DNA of 63,498 bases, the filler included, from Reticulomyxa filosa (lineage: Eukaryota > Protista > Foraminifera), in assembly GCA_000512085.1 (NCBI GenBank). It is 25 parts of 25 records of this genome, joined end to end, with 100 filler letters (N's around TTAATTAATTAA, not from the genome) between each part and the next. Parts side by side here need not be neighbours in the genome. Positions count along the whole stretch, not along the records: positions 47,691 to 50,512 come from ASPP01010118.1; positions 50,613 to 55,828 come from ASPP01020789.1; positions 55,929 to 57,691 come from ASPP01005975.1; positions 57,792 to 58,931 come from ASPP01036278.1; positions 59,032 to 60,480 come from ASPP01035239.1; positions 60,581 to 62,255 come from ASPP01042597.1; 19 more parts are not named here. One strand, written 5' to 3'. Below are positions 47,691 through 61,200 of the stretch, one piece after another. The notes below the pieces were generated by a model. The model ran no database searches and was not told the origin of the DNA. It worked only from the letters and a program-made list of their open reading frames with translations. How positions within the stretch are numbered: the first letter of the stretch is position 1; each line of letters opens with the position of its first letter. The translations under genes were made by a program, and so were the position numbers.

Positions 47691-50512
47691 CAAAAAAGAT
47701 GGTGTATCCATTGCTTTTCGGATAAAAAAATCCGATGGATAATCATTAACACAAAAAAAAAAAAACATATGCAATAAATCAACAAAAGCAGTACACACAC
47801 ACACACACGCACTTGAGACGCATCATGGACAGGTGGTTTGGCCGACGTTAGTACATCAGGATTGTCTTTGAGAAGCTTTGAAGAAAGAAAAAAGCTTGGA
47901 GAAGCGGAGAGTGGAGGCAATGGATTGTCTGCTGCAAAATCCGTGATGACAGAAGTATCGCCATTTGCAACAGCAGCAACGCCAGTCGATGTGTTATGGT
48001 TCAGTCCCAGACGAGTTGGAAATTGAATATTGAGATTGGCTGGAGCAGGAATTATGCCATTGCCACCAATGTTTATAACCGAAGAGGCCACTAATGGATT
48101 GGTGAGTGTGGGAAGCGCATTTACTGCAGCCAAAACGTCATTTTCCATGGTATCATTATGTTCTGGTTGGGCCTTAATTTAATAGTCCCCCCCCCCCAAA
48201 AAAAAAAGGAACGAACGAAGACACACAAAGAAATAAATAAGTAAATAAACAACAATTTAATTTTTTTTTTGGTATTAAAATTTGCCAAAACTTGTGGTGG
48301 AGTTGGACAAAATGGAGAAGAATGGAAAGAGGGCAAATGTGTTGCGCTGGAATATTCTGTGTGTGCCATGACGGCAGATGGGGACGGCAGTGAATGTGCC
48401 GATGATATTTGCTTCACGCTTCCTCGCTCTTGAATAATCACCATCAAGGCATTTGTCCACTGCTTGTTGTTTTGTTGATCAATAAGTTTGGCCAACGGAT
48501 TTAAAGCATTGATATCCAGACATCGAAACGCACATTTCATCAATTCCAATCCGTGGGTGTGTGCAAAGACGATGTCCATATTGGGGAGCAATACATCTTG
48601 CAAAAAATAGAACTGAAAATAAGCATATTTCACATTTAAAAAAGATTCCAATGCCGCAATACCATCTGCGTTGGATACCATATTGAGATAAAAAAGAATT
48701 GGTAAGTCCAAAAAGTCCATTAAGGGGATCACAAAGTGATGATACTCTATTAATATTTTGAATACTTGCCACAAATAACTCAAATGAATTAAAAAATGCT
48801 CTGGATACATTTTGAAAAATGTCAACATGTCATTCCATATTTTGATAATACTTGATACACTCAATGAATGAGATTTGTCATGTTCACCACATTCAATCAA
48901 TTTCTTTATCAAACATGTCATTCCAGCCATATCTGTGACAGGCACTCCATTGATTTCAAGTATGGGCAAATTATCATTGTGCTCCATTTCATATTCTCCA
49001 CTACTTTGACTTGTTTCGGTTGAGGAATGATCCTCACTTGAGTTGCCTTTGTAATCCAATTGCAATTGCGAATAACTTTTATAAGTGCTGGCATTTGCAT
49101 TCTTTACCATTTCTTTGTGTGAATACATCTCATCCTCATTTCCACTCTTTTTTCTTTTTTTTTCTTCATTTGTTTCATTTCTTTCTTTCCCTTTCCAATC
49201 TCTTTTCGTTGATTTCATCATTTGTTCTTTTTCATTTTTTGACACGCCCATTCGGGACTGATCACGACCACTTACAGAGGTGCATTTTGGCAATGAGGCT
49301 TGAGATGATGTACCTTTTACACGCTAACAAGTTCAAACATAGGCTATGTTAAATGAGTAAAAGTGTGTGTGACACAAAAAAAGAAAAGTTGTCTTTTTCT
49401 CCATACTAATGCAATAGTGGACGGATTACATGAATCGTATTGATCATGTGTTGAAGAATGGACAACATTTTGTTCATTGCCTTCACTTTCATTGGCAGTA
49501 TCATTGTCATCTTCCACGGATTCTTTTTCATCACTTGAAGCGCCTTTATCTTTGCGCTTTGCTGTTTCCATTCTTTGTGAATTGCAACTTTTGCTTCGAC
49601 TTCGTTTGTCATGCTTTTCTTTTTTTCTTTCGTTTTGGTATCTCGCTCTTTGCTTCTTTTCTTTTCTTTTGCTCTGTCTTGCCTTTCTCGCTCTTCTCTT
49701 TTTTCTGTGCTGTTATTGTAGTTGTCTTCCCTCCAACTCTTTCTATCAGTTTTTACATTTTTTCTGCTTTCGCTTCTGCTGTCTCTGCCTTTATCTTTGT
49801 CTCCATCTCTATTCCTATCTCGATCCCTACCTCTATCTCTGTCTCTGTCTTTATCTTTATCTTTATCTTTATCTTTATCTCTATCTCTATCTCTATCTCT
49901 TTCCCTTTCCCTTTCTCTTTCCCTTTCCCTTTCTCTGCTATCATATCGATCCTTTATTCGATCAATGCTTACTTCCTTCTCTCGCCCTCGTCTTATTCGT
50001 TCTTCATCTCTTTCTCTCTCTCTTTCTCGTTCCCGTTCTCTTTCCTTTTCTCTTTCTCTCTCTCTTTCTTTTTCCCTTTCTTTTTCCCTTTCTTTTTCCC
50101 TTTCTTTTTCTCTTTCTCTTTCCCTTTCCCTTTCTCGTTCTTTTTCTCTGTCCCTATCCCGATCTCTATCCCAATCACGTTCACGATTATAATCTCGAGA
50201 GTAATTGTCTCTTTCGTCAAAATGACGAGTTTTGTGTTTATCCGAATACTCACGTTCCATTTGCTTCTTGCCGTCATTATTGGCTGTCCATCCGTCATTG
50301 TTGTATTTGCTCTGAAAGGGTCTGTAATTGCCATTTCTCTCTCTTTTGCCAAAAAATGGCGGGGGTGACCTGTATCATCAATTTATTTGTGTTGCATATG
50401 TTCGAGTCAATACAATGTTTTGTTTTCTTTGTCTCTTTGGCTCTTGTTCATCACACCTTTCATTCGATATTTTATTGTTGTATCCATAATTCCATCTTTT
50501 ATCTTTATCTTT
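47691..50512 (-). CDS. Partial multi-exon gene: RE/RD/KE mixed-charge domain plus degenerate Pumilio-like helical repeats
   Basis: ORFs 49406-50260, 48121-49293 and 47691-48148 are collinear. MVSNADGIAALESFL and VFAHTHGLELMKCAF resemble Puf repeat cores. Confidence 0.55.
49790..50170 (-). repeat. Hexamer microsatellites encoding (RE)n, (RD)n, (KD)n
   Basis: (TCTTTA)n, (TCTCTA)n and (TTCCCT)n on the plus strand. Confidence 0.92.
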
Positions 50513-50612
50513 NNNNNNNNNNNNNNNNNNNNNNNNNNNNNNNNNNNNNNNNNNNNTTAATTAATTAANNNNNNNNNNNNNNNNNNNNNNNNNNNNNNNN
50601 NNNNNNNNNNNN

Positions 50613-53600
50613 GGAAGATTGATTGAAAGTGAATTGCTCATATCTGTAGAGAAGTTGCAAATGGCGCTAAACAATTCCGAGAAAGTTTCGTGCTACCAAC
50701 TGGATAGCACGCATATGTTTTGGAACTGCGTACATCCGAATATATTTGCAATACTTCTGCAAAAAATACAATGGCATTACATCTGCAAATAATGCATAGC
50801 AAGTAATCGCCAAAACTGCCAATTTGATTATGTCTTGTTACTAGTCAATAAGCTTGCTGAACGGTTAAACAAACTCAAAGTTCTTGGTTGATGCTATCGC
50901 CGATTGTTCGCTTTACATTAGCGCTAAACAACAGTAATTTCATCTCACTGTTTAATGCTGCCATCACTTCTTCGAATTTTCCAAATGGCCTTCAGTAGCG
51001 CTTTGCAGTGTCATTTAACGTGAAGCACTGGTGCTGTTGGATCCATCTATTTACAAAAGACGCATATACAAAAAATAATCATTGCATATAAATTTGTCTT
51101 TCTTTGATAATATATTTTTAAAAACTTTTTCAAAGCAACTGAGTAATGCATGTACTAACATATACGTATTGAATATTCGTGGAAGACGGCGATGCTGGAT
51201 GGAGTAATATGTCTTGAAAAAGACAATAATCTTTCATTAAGATCTCTTTCATGTCTTGCAATAAGCGCTGTTGGTATTTGTTGCTGTCGTTGTCATCGAC
51301 TCCAGCACGTAGCTGTAGCTGTTGCTGTTGTTCCTACTGTCACTATTTTCACCAACGTAAGGCTCGTGCTCTTATTATGATTCCAAAACTTTATCCATTG
51401 ATGCGTCGCGTTCGGATTGCTGCTTCAATTCTTGCATCGCAGATATACTATCACCTTCATCAAGTTGATCACGTTGTCGTTCGGTAGGTCCATTTATTTT
51501 TATTATTTGTGTCACTCCATTTGAGCCACAACATCTTCTTTCAGATTAACTTTGCAATTGATCGGCAGTCCACACTTGCGAATAAAAATATTTTTTTTCA
51601 ATGCATATTCAGTGATATTTTTTGTCCTTGTTTTTATTTTTATTTTCAACTAATACGAATAAAAAAATATTAATTTCTTCTTCTGGTGATTCAGTAGTAC
51701 ATTCATATTCTAAATACTGCATATTATTACTTTATAAGAATAAAGTAATGTCAAATATAGCTGTTGGCCATTGCAGCGTAGGAAGATAGAATAAGAAAAG
51801 AAGAAGCAACATCAGTGGAAGTGGGGACGCACGTGAAGATATAAATATATATATATATATATTTATGGTAACAGCAGCAACATTATCTCTAGTATATTTT
51901 GTAGTGGTGTCGCTACAAAATTTGGGTATCTTATTGAGAATGTCTGGCTTTTCGTGAATCGTATTGACTGACAAGATGTCAGCTCTGTGTTTACATTCTT
52001 CTTCTTCCTAATCATTATCATTGTCACCGTCGTCTTCGTCTTCGTGCATTTCCTCATTGGTACATTGATAGTTTGTTCCAACGTCTGTTCAAATGCGTTT
52101 TTGCGCTGAAACTGCTGATGTCTCGACGACTGCAGTGAACTTGAGTCGACAAGACATCCAGCTGTCCCAAGATGGTTATATTTTCGGGATGCTGCAGACA
52201 AACAAACTCTTGCATTTTGCGATAAAAGTAGTTGTCCAATAAATGCACGAACACCATGGAGGAGATTTATTCGAGCGTTAACTTGATGACGACAGAGTAC
52301 GTGCCTTACTTGGTATCCACATCTGGCTAGGGCATACCGCTAATATCGCGCAGCGTGAGTTTCAAATCGGGTAGCAACTGGTTGCTATTGTGATTTGCAT
52401 CGGACGATATTTGCAAGATGGAGACATCGACCACACATGCTTTGCCAATGTGGAGTCGCAAAAACTTGACAAACGACGTGTTTTACACTTGTGACCATAT
52501 CGACAGCCTTTTTTTTCATTGCATTTATAACGTAAACAAATGACAAAGGGGTTTTTACACTCACGTGCATATTTACCACATAAAAAGTTGGTCGGATCAT
52601 ATCTCTAAATGCATTTCGCCATTTCGTATAGTCTTGTTTGTATACCTTTTTTTTGAACATATTCAATTACCACAGGACAAACAAACAAACAAACACATCA
52701 TAAATAATGTGAGAAAATCAACTAATCAAAAAAACAATATTCGGGTGCTAAAAATCACACACAAAACTTAGAATGGCGTTTTTATCACTTCTTCTATTTT
52801 GACAATCGTCGTAGTCGTGGTCACTTTCGTCTTTGCTTCATCATCTGTGTCATCCGGGAGTGGAAGCAATGTGTCGTTCGTTGCATCAGTGGTTGATGCA
52901 GTATCGGAATCGGTTATAAAGATATTGCACTCCGTCAAGGTGCGCTGCTGCTTCGCAGTGCTTGCGATTTGTTATTTATCCTTCCAATTGTTGGCCGTAT
53001 TCGGTGTCTTCTAAGTTTTTATCTTCCTCTTATTCAATCTGTGTTTGGAAGTGGCTATATTCATCTGGATACCTTTTTTTTTGCTGTTTACATGCATGCC
53101 ATTTTTTTTCTTATTTCGATAAATAAATTTAAAAAAGGATGGACTCCAAAGAAGATATACTTATGTGCATGTATATATTAAATATACATATATGTATATG
53201 TATGTGTGTACGTACGTGACAGTGAATCAAAATTTAATGGTTAATCACTCGATGATTTTTGGAATGGATTTTAGATACTGATCAAAGCTCTTGCACGCAT
53301 TGCTATGAGTGGATATGTTGTTATCTCAATTGCTGTTGTTGACACTCGAATTGGAACACGAAACTCTGCCATTCCGATCACTGTTGCTTTCATTATATTG
53401 GCTGTTGCTACTTGTGCAATTGCAGTCATTAGTCTTTGTGTGCGCGATTTGGACGCACTTTGACCAATTTCATTACCTGGACGCTGATCAATTTCACAAT
53501 CAATCCCGCAGATTTCATCAACATATACACGCCCACTGTGTCAAATAATCAATTGTTGTCCGTGAACACTGTTCAAACTAGTCTTATTTAATTCGAACAA

Positions 53601-55828
53601 GATGAATGTATTTATTTATATAGTTGTTTATTCAATATCCTCTTATCTAATATACATATATATTTTTGTTGTTTAAAAAAGAAAAAGGATGGAAATAAAT
53701 TGTACGTATACTTTATCAGAAGCATAGTAGATGTAAGTGAAGATATTTCAATCCTGATGTTTTGCAGCAAATGTGACTAATATTTGGTTGTAATCGTAAA
53801 TCGTCATATCTTGTGATGCGATTGTTTATGATATAATGGGACTATACAATATTGGATAGAAGCGACGCAGCGTGAAAGAGGTTGCAGTGTTAACTCTGCT
53901 GTTGATGATTTTGTCATTGTATTTGTCTTTGTATTCGATATCGTATTTCATCAATTCGTTTTATCCGTTGTTGTGCCTGGAAAGTGTCTTGTATTCACTC
54001 GATGCAAGTCAGAGCCAAGAAAGTACTGTTTTGGAGTCCAGAGTCAGTTTTAACGAGTTCATTTGTCCTTCTGTCTTCGCAGGTGGCCGCACTTGCGCTT
54101 GTTTATTCGTATTGATCTTCTTTTCGTCCGAATTATCTTCCATTGTTGTCGTTGCTGGAGAAGCGGCAGCAGAGACAGGAGCATCGGATTGAATAGTCGA
54201 AGTCGCAGACATGGGCTATGACTGCAATTCAGAGTCGGTTTGTTTCGCAAGAGCAGAGGCGTCGTTTGTTGACAGTAGATATGCTTTTTCAACTATCACC
54301 TGCAACTTGACGTGGCTTCGGGAGAGGATACTGCCGTTTCAATCGAAGTCGCAATTTCAGCTGTCAAAGAAAGTTCTATTGTTATTGTTGTTGTTGATGC
54401 TACTTCGGTGATACTGATATCAGCAACAACATATGTAAAAGTGGTGGTCATATGCGGGATCATGGAAGACAGTGTGGTGACGGACGTATCAGGCTCTTCT
54501 TTTTTCAACGACTTTTTAATTTTTTTGACCCTCTTTGTAGGTCTTTCTTGCACCTTTTTCTGCAGTTAGTCTCCTAATACTGTCTTGTGCGATTTGGGCT
54601 TTTGCAATGTGCGTAGTCTTTGCTCGAGAAGATATCTCTTGGCTGTGATGTCTTTAAAGATCTGAGTCCAATCATCAAAACTAATGATGGTGAATCCATT
54701 TTCCATTTCACGCCAAGTCAGATCGCCACTGTGTTGGAAGTCTATGATTTCAAAGACTTGACTGGTTAATTCTTGAGCTGCTGTTTTCTTTGCTTGATAT
54801 TCTTCCGAGTCAATTTCCACATCTTCGCCAGCCGCTGTTCGACAATCTTGCCGTTTTTGCTATCTCTTGTTTTTACTAGTCGTGTTGCGGTCTTTCCTTT
54901 TGTTTTTTTCTATTGTGCTTCAATTCTTCCTCTTGTCGCAGCTGTTTGATCATTCGTTTCTTCGAATACTCAACAGCTTCTGCCAAAGGAGGCATTGGAT
55001 TTGTTATGTTTCTGTAATTGCAAAACAAAAAAAATATTAAATACATGATAGATAGAGATAATTAAGAATATTCAAGGATAGCAAAAAGCAAAAAAAAAAA
55101 AAAACGATTGGCAAAGGATTTAATGACAAAGTCATTTGTGATGTAAATACCCCAAATGAGATTATTCAAAGGATCTATGAAAAGTCGAGTGAAGCGGACA
55201 TTGTTATGAAACTTGATGTATTTAATGTCTTGAATAAACGACTTGTCTTTCAAATTGTAAACACGACCGATGTGTTTATCGGAGGAATTTCAATGTTTGC
55301 AATAAAACAATCAATTGGTAAACATGTATTCATTGGTTTCCGATATTTCCGGTTTTGCAATGGAGTTTGAGTTGTTCACCGTCCGGACTTTGAATGCAAA
55401 TGATATTTTTGGAGGTATATTTGCTAGCAATGACAAGAGGCATGTCGTATGGGTTGTCGAAAACTGGAATCCACACTTTGATTTGGACGCATTCGAGCGC
55501 GATGAAGCTTCGAAAGTTTTTGGTGATCTTTAAGCGCAGACTTTTTTGCCCTCTAAGGCCTGCAAAGACGCAGCTTTGGCATTGGCATTGGATCTAGGTC
55601 TGTTGGTGACAGTGAATGAGGGCTAGACAACCAGCGTGCCGACTTGGCCATTTGGTACTGGTGAGAAGAATAGTCAAGGTGACAAGCTGAGTGGTGATAT
55701 CATTGTTGTCAAAGACGAAGCTTGCGAGGCCGTAGCAAGCGTCGACCTGAGCAGGTACAAAGAAGTCGTCTTCAATGGTTTCGGGTGGCAATGATTTCAC
55801 CGTCTTGCTTGGCCAAGTCGTAGTAGCG
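50613..55828 (-). pseudogene. Long multiply disrupted gene with an EF-hand and low-complexity tracts
   Basis: EF-hand VFEIIDFQHSGDLTWREMENG (about 54690-54760). In-frame stop at VLGD*LQKKVQ, many frameshifts, and intron-like (TA)n gaps. Could be more than one gene. Confidence 0.45.
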
Positions 55829-56009
55829 NNNNNNNNNNNNNNNNNNNNNNNNNNNNNNNNNNNNNNNNNNNNTTAATTAATTAANNNNNNNNNNNNNNNN
55901 NNNNNNNNNNNNNNNNNNNNNNNNNNNNAACTATATATACATATATATATGTATATATATATATATATATACATATATATATGTTATATGTTTGTATGTG
56001 TTGGAATAG

Positions 56010-57691
56010 TATCCAGTACATATTGCAATAATATTAGACTTATGTGTGAAGAACAACTGGCTCAGCGATGACTCGATTCAAGACTTTGTGAATGTGTTGC
56101 AGTTTGTGTCGGATGGAATGCACTCCTCGAAGGTGTTTTATATTCCGACAGCGCCTGTCGGTAGTGGAGATGGTGTGTCCAACAGTAACAATGTCGGAGA
56201 GGAAGTGATCGTGTTTGACATGAATACGATACTGAATACAATCTATGTCCAACTGCTGGAATTTGTGATGAATCAAACGAAGCAAGAGGGACCCACGTCC
56301 GACGCACTTTGCCAACAAGTGGCCGCGGACAATGGCATCATATACCAAACCTTGACGAACATGCTCGAGCGTGCCAACAGTGCATCCTCCGGCTCATCGT
56401 CGTCGCTCGACAATGCGACATTGTTGTACTCAAGCGGCAGTGGTAAAGACAGTCTTGAGTACATTGCCGCCTATCAATGCAATAACCTCTCTCGACATTT
56501 GAGCGTGAGCATTCCTGCATTTGTGTCACCCACGGCAATGTTGTCCGTCACCAATGTGGTCATCAACAAAGACTATTTGCAAATACTCCCATCCATCGGA
56601 GTCATTGTTCAAACGTTTCACCCTTTGTGGTTTGCCAATGCATCGTGCGTGTTCAATGATACCAACTTTCCCAATGCGACTATTTTCACATTTACCGTGG
56701 TTAATGTGACCAGAGTACAGCCTTCTTCTTCTTCGTCGTCCTCCTCCTCCTCCTCTTCTATGTTCGCAACGGCAAGGAAAAAGAACGAGAGGACAGTGGG
56801 CTCGAACGCAATGATCACAGCGACATTCGAGATGCCCGCAGCGCTAAAACAGCAATGGGAACAGGCGACAAAGAATGTAAACGTGACAAGAGCGCAAATG
56901 GAGTCCGTCGTCCAGTGCGTTGAAGTCGAAGGGAATCTATCATCCATGGACGCAGTAGTGGGCAACTGCACGGTGAAATGGCAAGAGACAGACACGTCGC
57001 TAGCCGACGTAAAGAATGCGAGTGTATTGCAATGCATATGCAAAGGAGAAGGAAGATTGATCGCGCTGGTAATGTTGGACAAGACATTTGTGAGTGAAAC
57101 ACAAATATCCTCTTACATCAATAAGCCGCGAAAGGAAGTGCAATGGCTTTGGTTCGGTGGTGTATTTATCGTGTTAGGACTGTGGTACGGATGTTCCTCT
57201 CGCCATATCCTTGTCACGCGTTGGAAGTGGAAAGAGGCCGAAAGGAACAAAATGCAAAGCCACCATCGAAAAACTAGCGAAGAAGAGATGGACCAGATAC
57301 ATGGTCATGATCACAGTCACGGCAATGGAAATACAAATGGAAATGCAAATGAAAATAATCTGCGTTGCATGTCTTGTCGTGGCAATGACTATTTGCAAAT
57401 GTTCAATCTGCTGGAATCGGAAAATAGTGTCATCAGTTACATCTTCATCGGCACACTGTTGATCCAGTTTGTGCTGTGCATTTGGATGTATTTGTACCAG
57501 TCCAATCAACAACCCTTGGCACACAAAGGAAGGATGGGGCTCATGACTTGTGCCTTCTGCACGTCCATCCTCTTGTATGCCCTCTTGCAGTGGATTATCG
57601 TGTGTTGGGAAATTAGCAGTCAAGGCTTTGGCTGTTGCGATAAAGACATATCCACGTTTTGCACCTTGTGGCTGCTCATACCACCCTTCTT
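56010..57691 (+). CDS. Adhesion-GPCR/polycystin-like receptor: GAIN/GPS-like region followed by TM helices; partial
   Basis: Long open exon with many N-x-S/T sites. VQCV...GNCTVKW...VLQCICKGEGRLIALVML has GPS Cys spacing. Then TMs WLWFGGVFIVLGLWYGC, ISYIFIGTLLIQFVLCIWMYL and LMTCAFCTSILLYALLQWIIVCW. Confidence 0.7.
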
Positions 57692-57829
57692 NNNNNNNNN
57701 NNNNNNNNNNNNNNNNNNNNNNNNNNNNNNNNNNNTTAATTAATTAANNNNNNNNNNNNNNNNNNNNNNNNNNNNNNNNNNNNNNNNNNNNATATATATA
57801 TATGTATATATAATTATAATAATGTAAAA

Positions 57830-58931
57830 CTTGTTTGAAAGGTTTCATTTTCAATTTGGTTTGTCCATCGAACTCGATAGCATTTCCACTGACTCCAGTA
57901 GTATAATTAAAATTAAAGAGTGTGGAAAAGCCACCATTGACAAGATTTGCATCGGACTTCGAGTTTTCGTCGCACTGCAAGTAGGCCAAGATGGATTCAT
58001 TGAAGCATTTCGATCCATACAACAGATATCCCAAGGCGCAGCTCTTGCAGACTCCGGAGACGCAGTTTGTGCAAGAGTCCTGATCGCACCCTCCTTGTCC
58101 CTCCAAAGTGGCGATATCAGTAACAGTGGAGCCATTGAAGATGGAGGCGGTTTGACGAACATCAGAGACGATATCGTAGGATTGCATGCTGACATAGTTT
58201 TGAGGTCATTGTGAAGCAAGCCCCAGTAGCCGGAGCTGTGATCATACCATAAGAGCAGTGACGATATATCCATTTTGCAGAGTGAGTCCAAAACTCAGTG
58301 ACGGAGTGGATTTGCAGCGCAGAGGTGATTAGTGCTGGTACGTGTGTAAGGAACAGACACCCAAATATTTTGACAAAACAGCATCATATAATACGTCAAT
58401 CCCAATGCGGCCGTGACTTGTCCGCAATCGATAAACTGTTGTGGCAGACTCCAATCCGTGCCTGCATTAAACTGACCAGTCAATTTGGATCTGATTGTCC
58501 AAGTCCACTTTTATATATGACAAACGCTTGGCAAAACACAAACAATTGATTGGATTGTCTGGCCACAATGGCTCCCAATTTTGCGCGTGCATTGTTGCAC
58601 CGGGGGGAATTTCCTTTGATCGTCTTAGGATATCCTGGAGTCTGGATAATGAGTAATACCATTTGGTAGAAGTTTGCATAGCGAGTAAAATATGGGCCTT
58701 GGAAGATATATACACGCGCGCGCGTCCATTGCGATCGGTGAAGGCCGCACAGTCTGTGTTGATGCACTTTCGCAAGTCCGGAGTTGGCTTTGTTGCCGGG
58801 TCGCAATATGACGAATCGACTCTCCCAATTTGCATTGATTCGTCGGACTCAAGTCTGACGCACAGCATTTCAACACCTAATTGCATCGCAATACTCGATG
58901 TACTTCTTTGTCTCAAAGAGTCACTCTCTCT
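57830..58931 (-). pseudogene. Multidomain extracellular protein: TSP1-like, hemopexin, furin-like Cys-rich, LamG; frameshifted
   Basis: LCVR...VDSSYCDPATKPTPDLRKCINTDC (ADAMTS-type TSP1); AAFTDRNGR/VYIFQGPYFTRY...PGYPKTIKGN (hemopexin); CDQDSCTNCVSGVCKSCALGYLLYGSKC (furin-like); ILAYLQCDEN...GVSGNAIEFDG (LamG). Several frame changes and stops. Confidence 0.7.
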
Positions 58932-59031
58932 NNNNNNNNNNNNNNNNNNNNNNNNNNNNNNNNNNNNNNNNNNNNTTAATTAATTAANNNNNNNNNNNNN
59001 NNNNNNNNNNNNNNNNNNNNNNNNNNNNNNN

Positions 59032-60480
59032 TTTTTAGCTGTTATCATATGTCGCAATCAAAACAATATGAACATGGACTTTTTTTATTATGTAGTGGGT
59101 TTGAAGTGAACAAAGAAAAAGAGGCAGAAGAGTGGATTAAGGAAGGGGAAAAGAAAAAGAAAGAAGAAAAAGTACCGATCAACAGTATTGGAAACATGGC
59201 AAGTGGTAATGAGTCGCGCAAGAAGTACGAATTTATCTAGTGAAGCAAGTAGTCAGTATAAATAAAGAAAATCGATATAATCGATCCCTAAAAGGTGTTA
59301 GCGTGTGTTCCGCAAAGACTAACGAGTTATTGTGGATGATATTCATATAAACGAAACGCAAATAACAGCGAATTGTTACATGCTTTTACAATCACACAAT
59401 AACAACATTCAGATTAGCACAAGCACAACTTTCGATCAGGTCATTAATATGCATAGTCGATCAAGTATCAGTCGTTAACGCTCACATACATTTGCGATTG
59501 TGTTATATGTGGATCTTGATGTCAACACACTAAAGACACATGGGCATTTCCAGTATACAATTGATATGATCTTCGTGTTGATTTTGGTGGGAAGATAATA
59601 ATACATTAAGTCCACCTAGTGGTGTATGTACTGGAACCGCAAATGAAGAAGAATAAGCAGATGCACCAAAAATGTCGCTGTCTTGATGAGAGAACAAAGA
59701 TGTACAAAAACAAAACAAAACAAAACAATTGACGTACAAAGATATGCAGAAGATAATAATCTAGTGATCATCCCATGATAAACAGCGAATAATGTCAATG
59801 CGAAACACACATGAAAATGTTGGGTCGGAAGTACAATCTCCCATAGTCAAATATAAATTGGTGGATCTTTTCCAAGGCGACATCTACGTCAAGAAAATAA
59901 TGATCATCTTTCCCACAATGTACAAACTCTAACTATCACCCCGTTCTTGTAGTAATAGCTGCGCTTTCAAGGATCGCTATATCTCGTCAATATATGAACA
60001 GTCTTGTCATCGTAAATGTAAATGCGAGCCATCATTCCGCATCGAAGCAATACATCTCCTCTTACCTCCATTCATGCCTAGAGACAAAGCGACGACTTAA
60101 CACATTAACCAATGACCAAGTCCTTGTATTTGATGTGAAGAAAACACAAATACTGCCTTACAATTGATTGCCATTACCATTACCATTTCTATTGGCTACA
60201 TTTCGCTGTTGTCATCATTGTGCACTTGAGATGACATCGATACCATGTTGTAATTTTGGGATCACAATTGTATTAACTTGATCTTCTTCGTTAATTGCCA
60301 AAGACGTCTTCGATTGCATTAACATCGCTATCATCGAAGTGAATTCTTGTTGTAAAGTGCACCAGCAGAAGCAAAGCAAGTACTTATCATGACCTCGAAT
60401 GCGCACAAACACGAAAATGAAAACAATATTGTCGCAATATATATTGGTAATGTTGTCAATACAATCCCTTTCGATGATAC
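59032..60480. pseudogene. Degraded coding-like sequence, unidentified
   Basis: Moderate GC and an intron-like GT..(CAAAA)n..AG at about 59702-59741. No long ORF on either strand. Confidence 0.25.
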
Positions 60481-60580
60481 NNNNNNNNNNNNNNNNNNNN
60501 NNNNNNNNNNNNNNNNNNNNNNNNTTAATTAATTAANNNNNNNNNNNNNNNNNNNNNNNNNNNNNNNNNNNNNNNNNNNN

Positions 60581-61200
60581 GTAACAATGAAGTTTTGGAA
60601 TACGAATGAACAATTTTTTGCTATTACATTGCCATTTGTGCTGCAGCGAGTTTCTGGCATAATGGAAATAATGACAACAACGTCAGCAGTAGCAACATCG
60701 ATGGTTGCAGTACATAAAAGCAAAAGTGGCAACCTCATCGTCGAATTGTTGCTGATGGCAACCCAATATATCGTCGGATCATGGAGACCGTACTACAACG
60801 CACGCACATGTCATTTCTCAAATATATTATTTGTCCATTATTGAACAAGTATTATAGTGACGGTGTGCATCATTTGCGCTTTAAATGACGTACAATTTGA
60901 AAAAAAAATGGAAGGTCCATATCGTGTAATATGGTTCATGATGATTGAAAGTAAGTCGTACAATTGAAAGTGGTGAGCTGATTATCGTGATTATGGCGCA
61001 GCCTACATTCCAAGTTAATGTTTTCTTATAATATGATTGGAAAATAGCCGAAACATGTATGATCAACACACACGTATATAACATAGGTCTCCAAAGAATA
61101 CAATCATGTTCATTGAGCAATTGGAAAGGAGCAAGCAAAGATAAAGTGGTTGAAATAATGTCAAATTGGTGGCATATTCGATTGCAATTATTTGATACTC
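60581..61200 (-). pseudogene. Multi-TM (7TM-like) gene remnant
   Basis: Hydrophobic segments in shifting frames: PMLYTCVLIIHVSAIF, NVGCAIITIISSPLSIV, LPLLLLCTATIDVATADVVVIISI. Confidence 0.3.

Noticed and set aside
49430-50568. Long plus-strand F/S/L-rich ORFs that look like membrane proteins
   Set aside because: Reverse complement of RE/RD/KE repeats, stop-free because of low complexity.
55594-55800. Importin-beta HEAT repeat (WPSRHAGCLAL)
   Set aside because: One short motif in a disrupted region with no supporting repeats.
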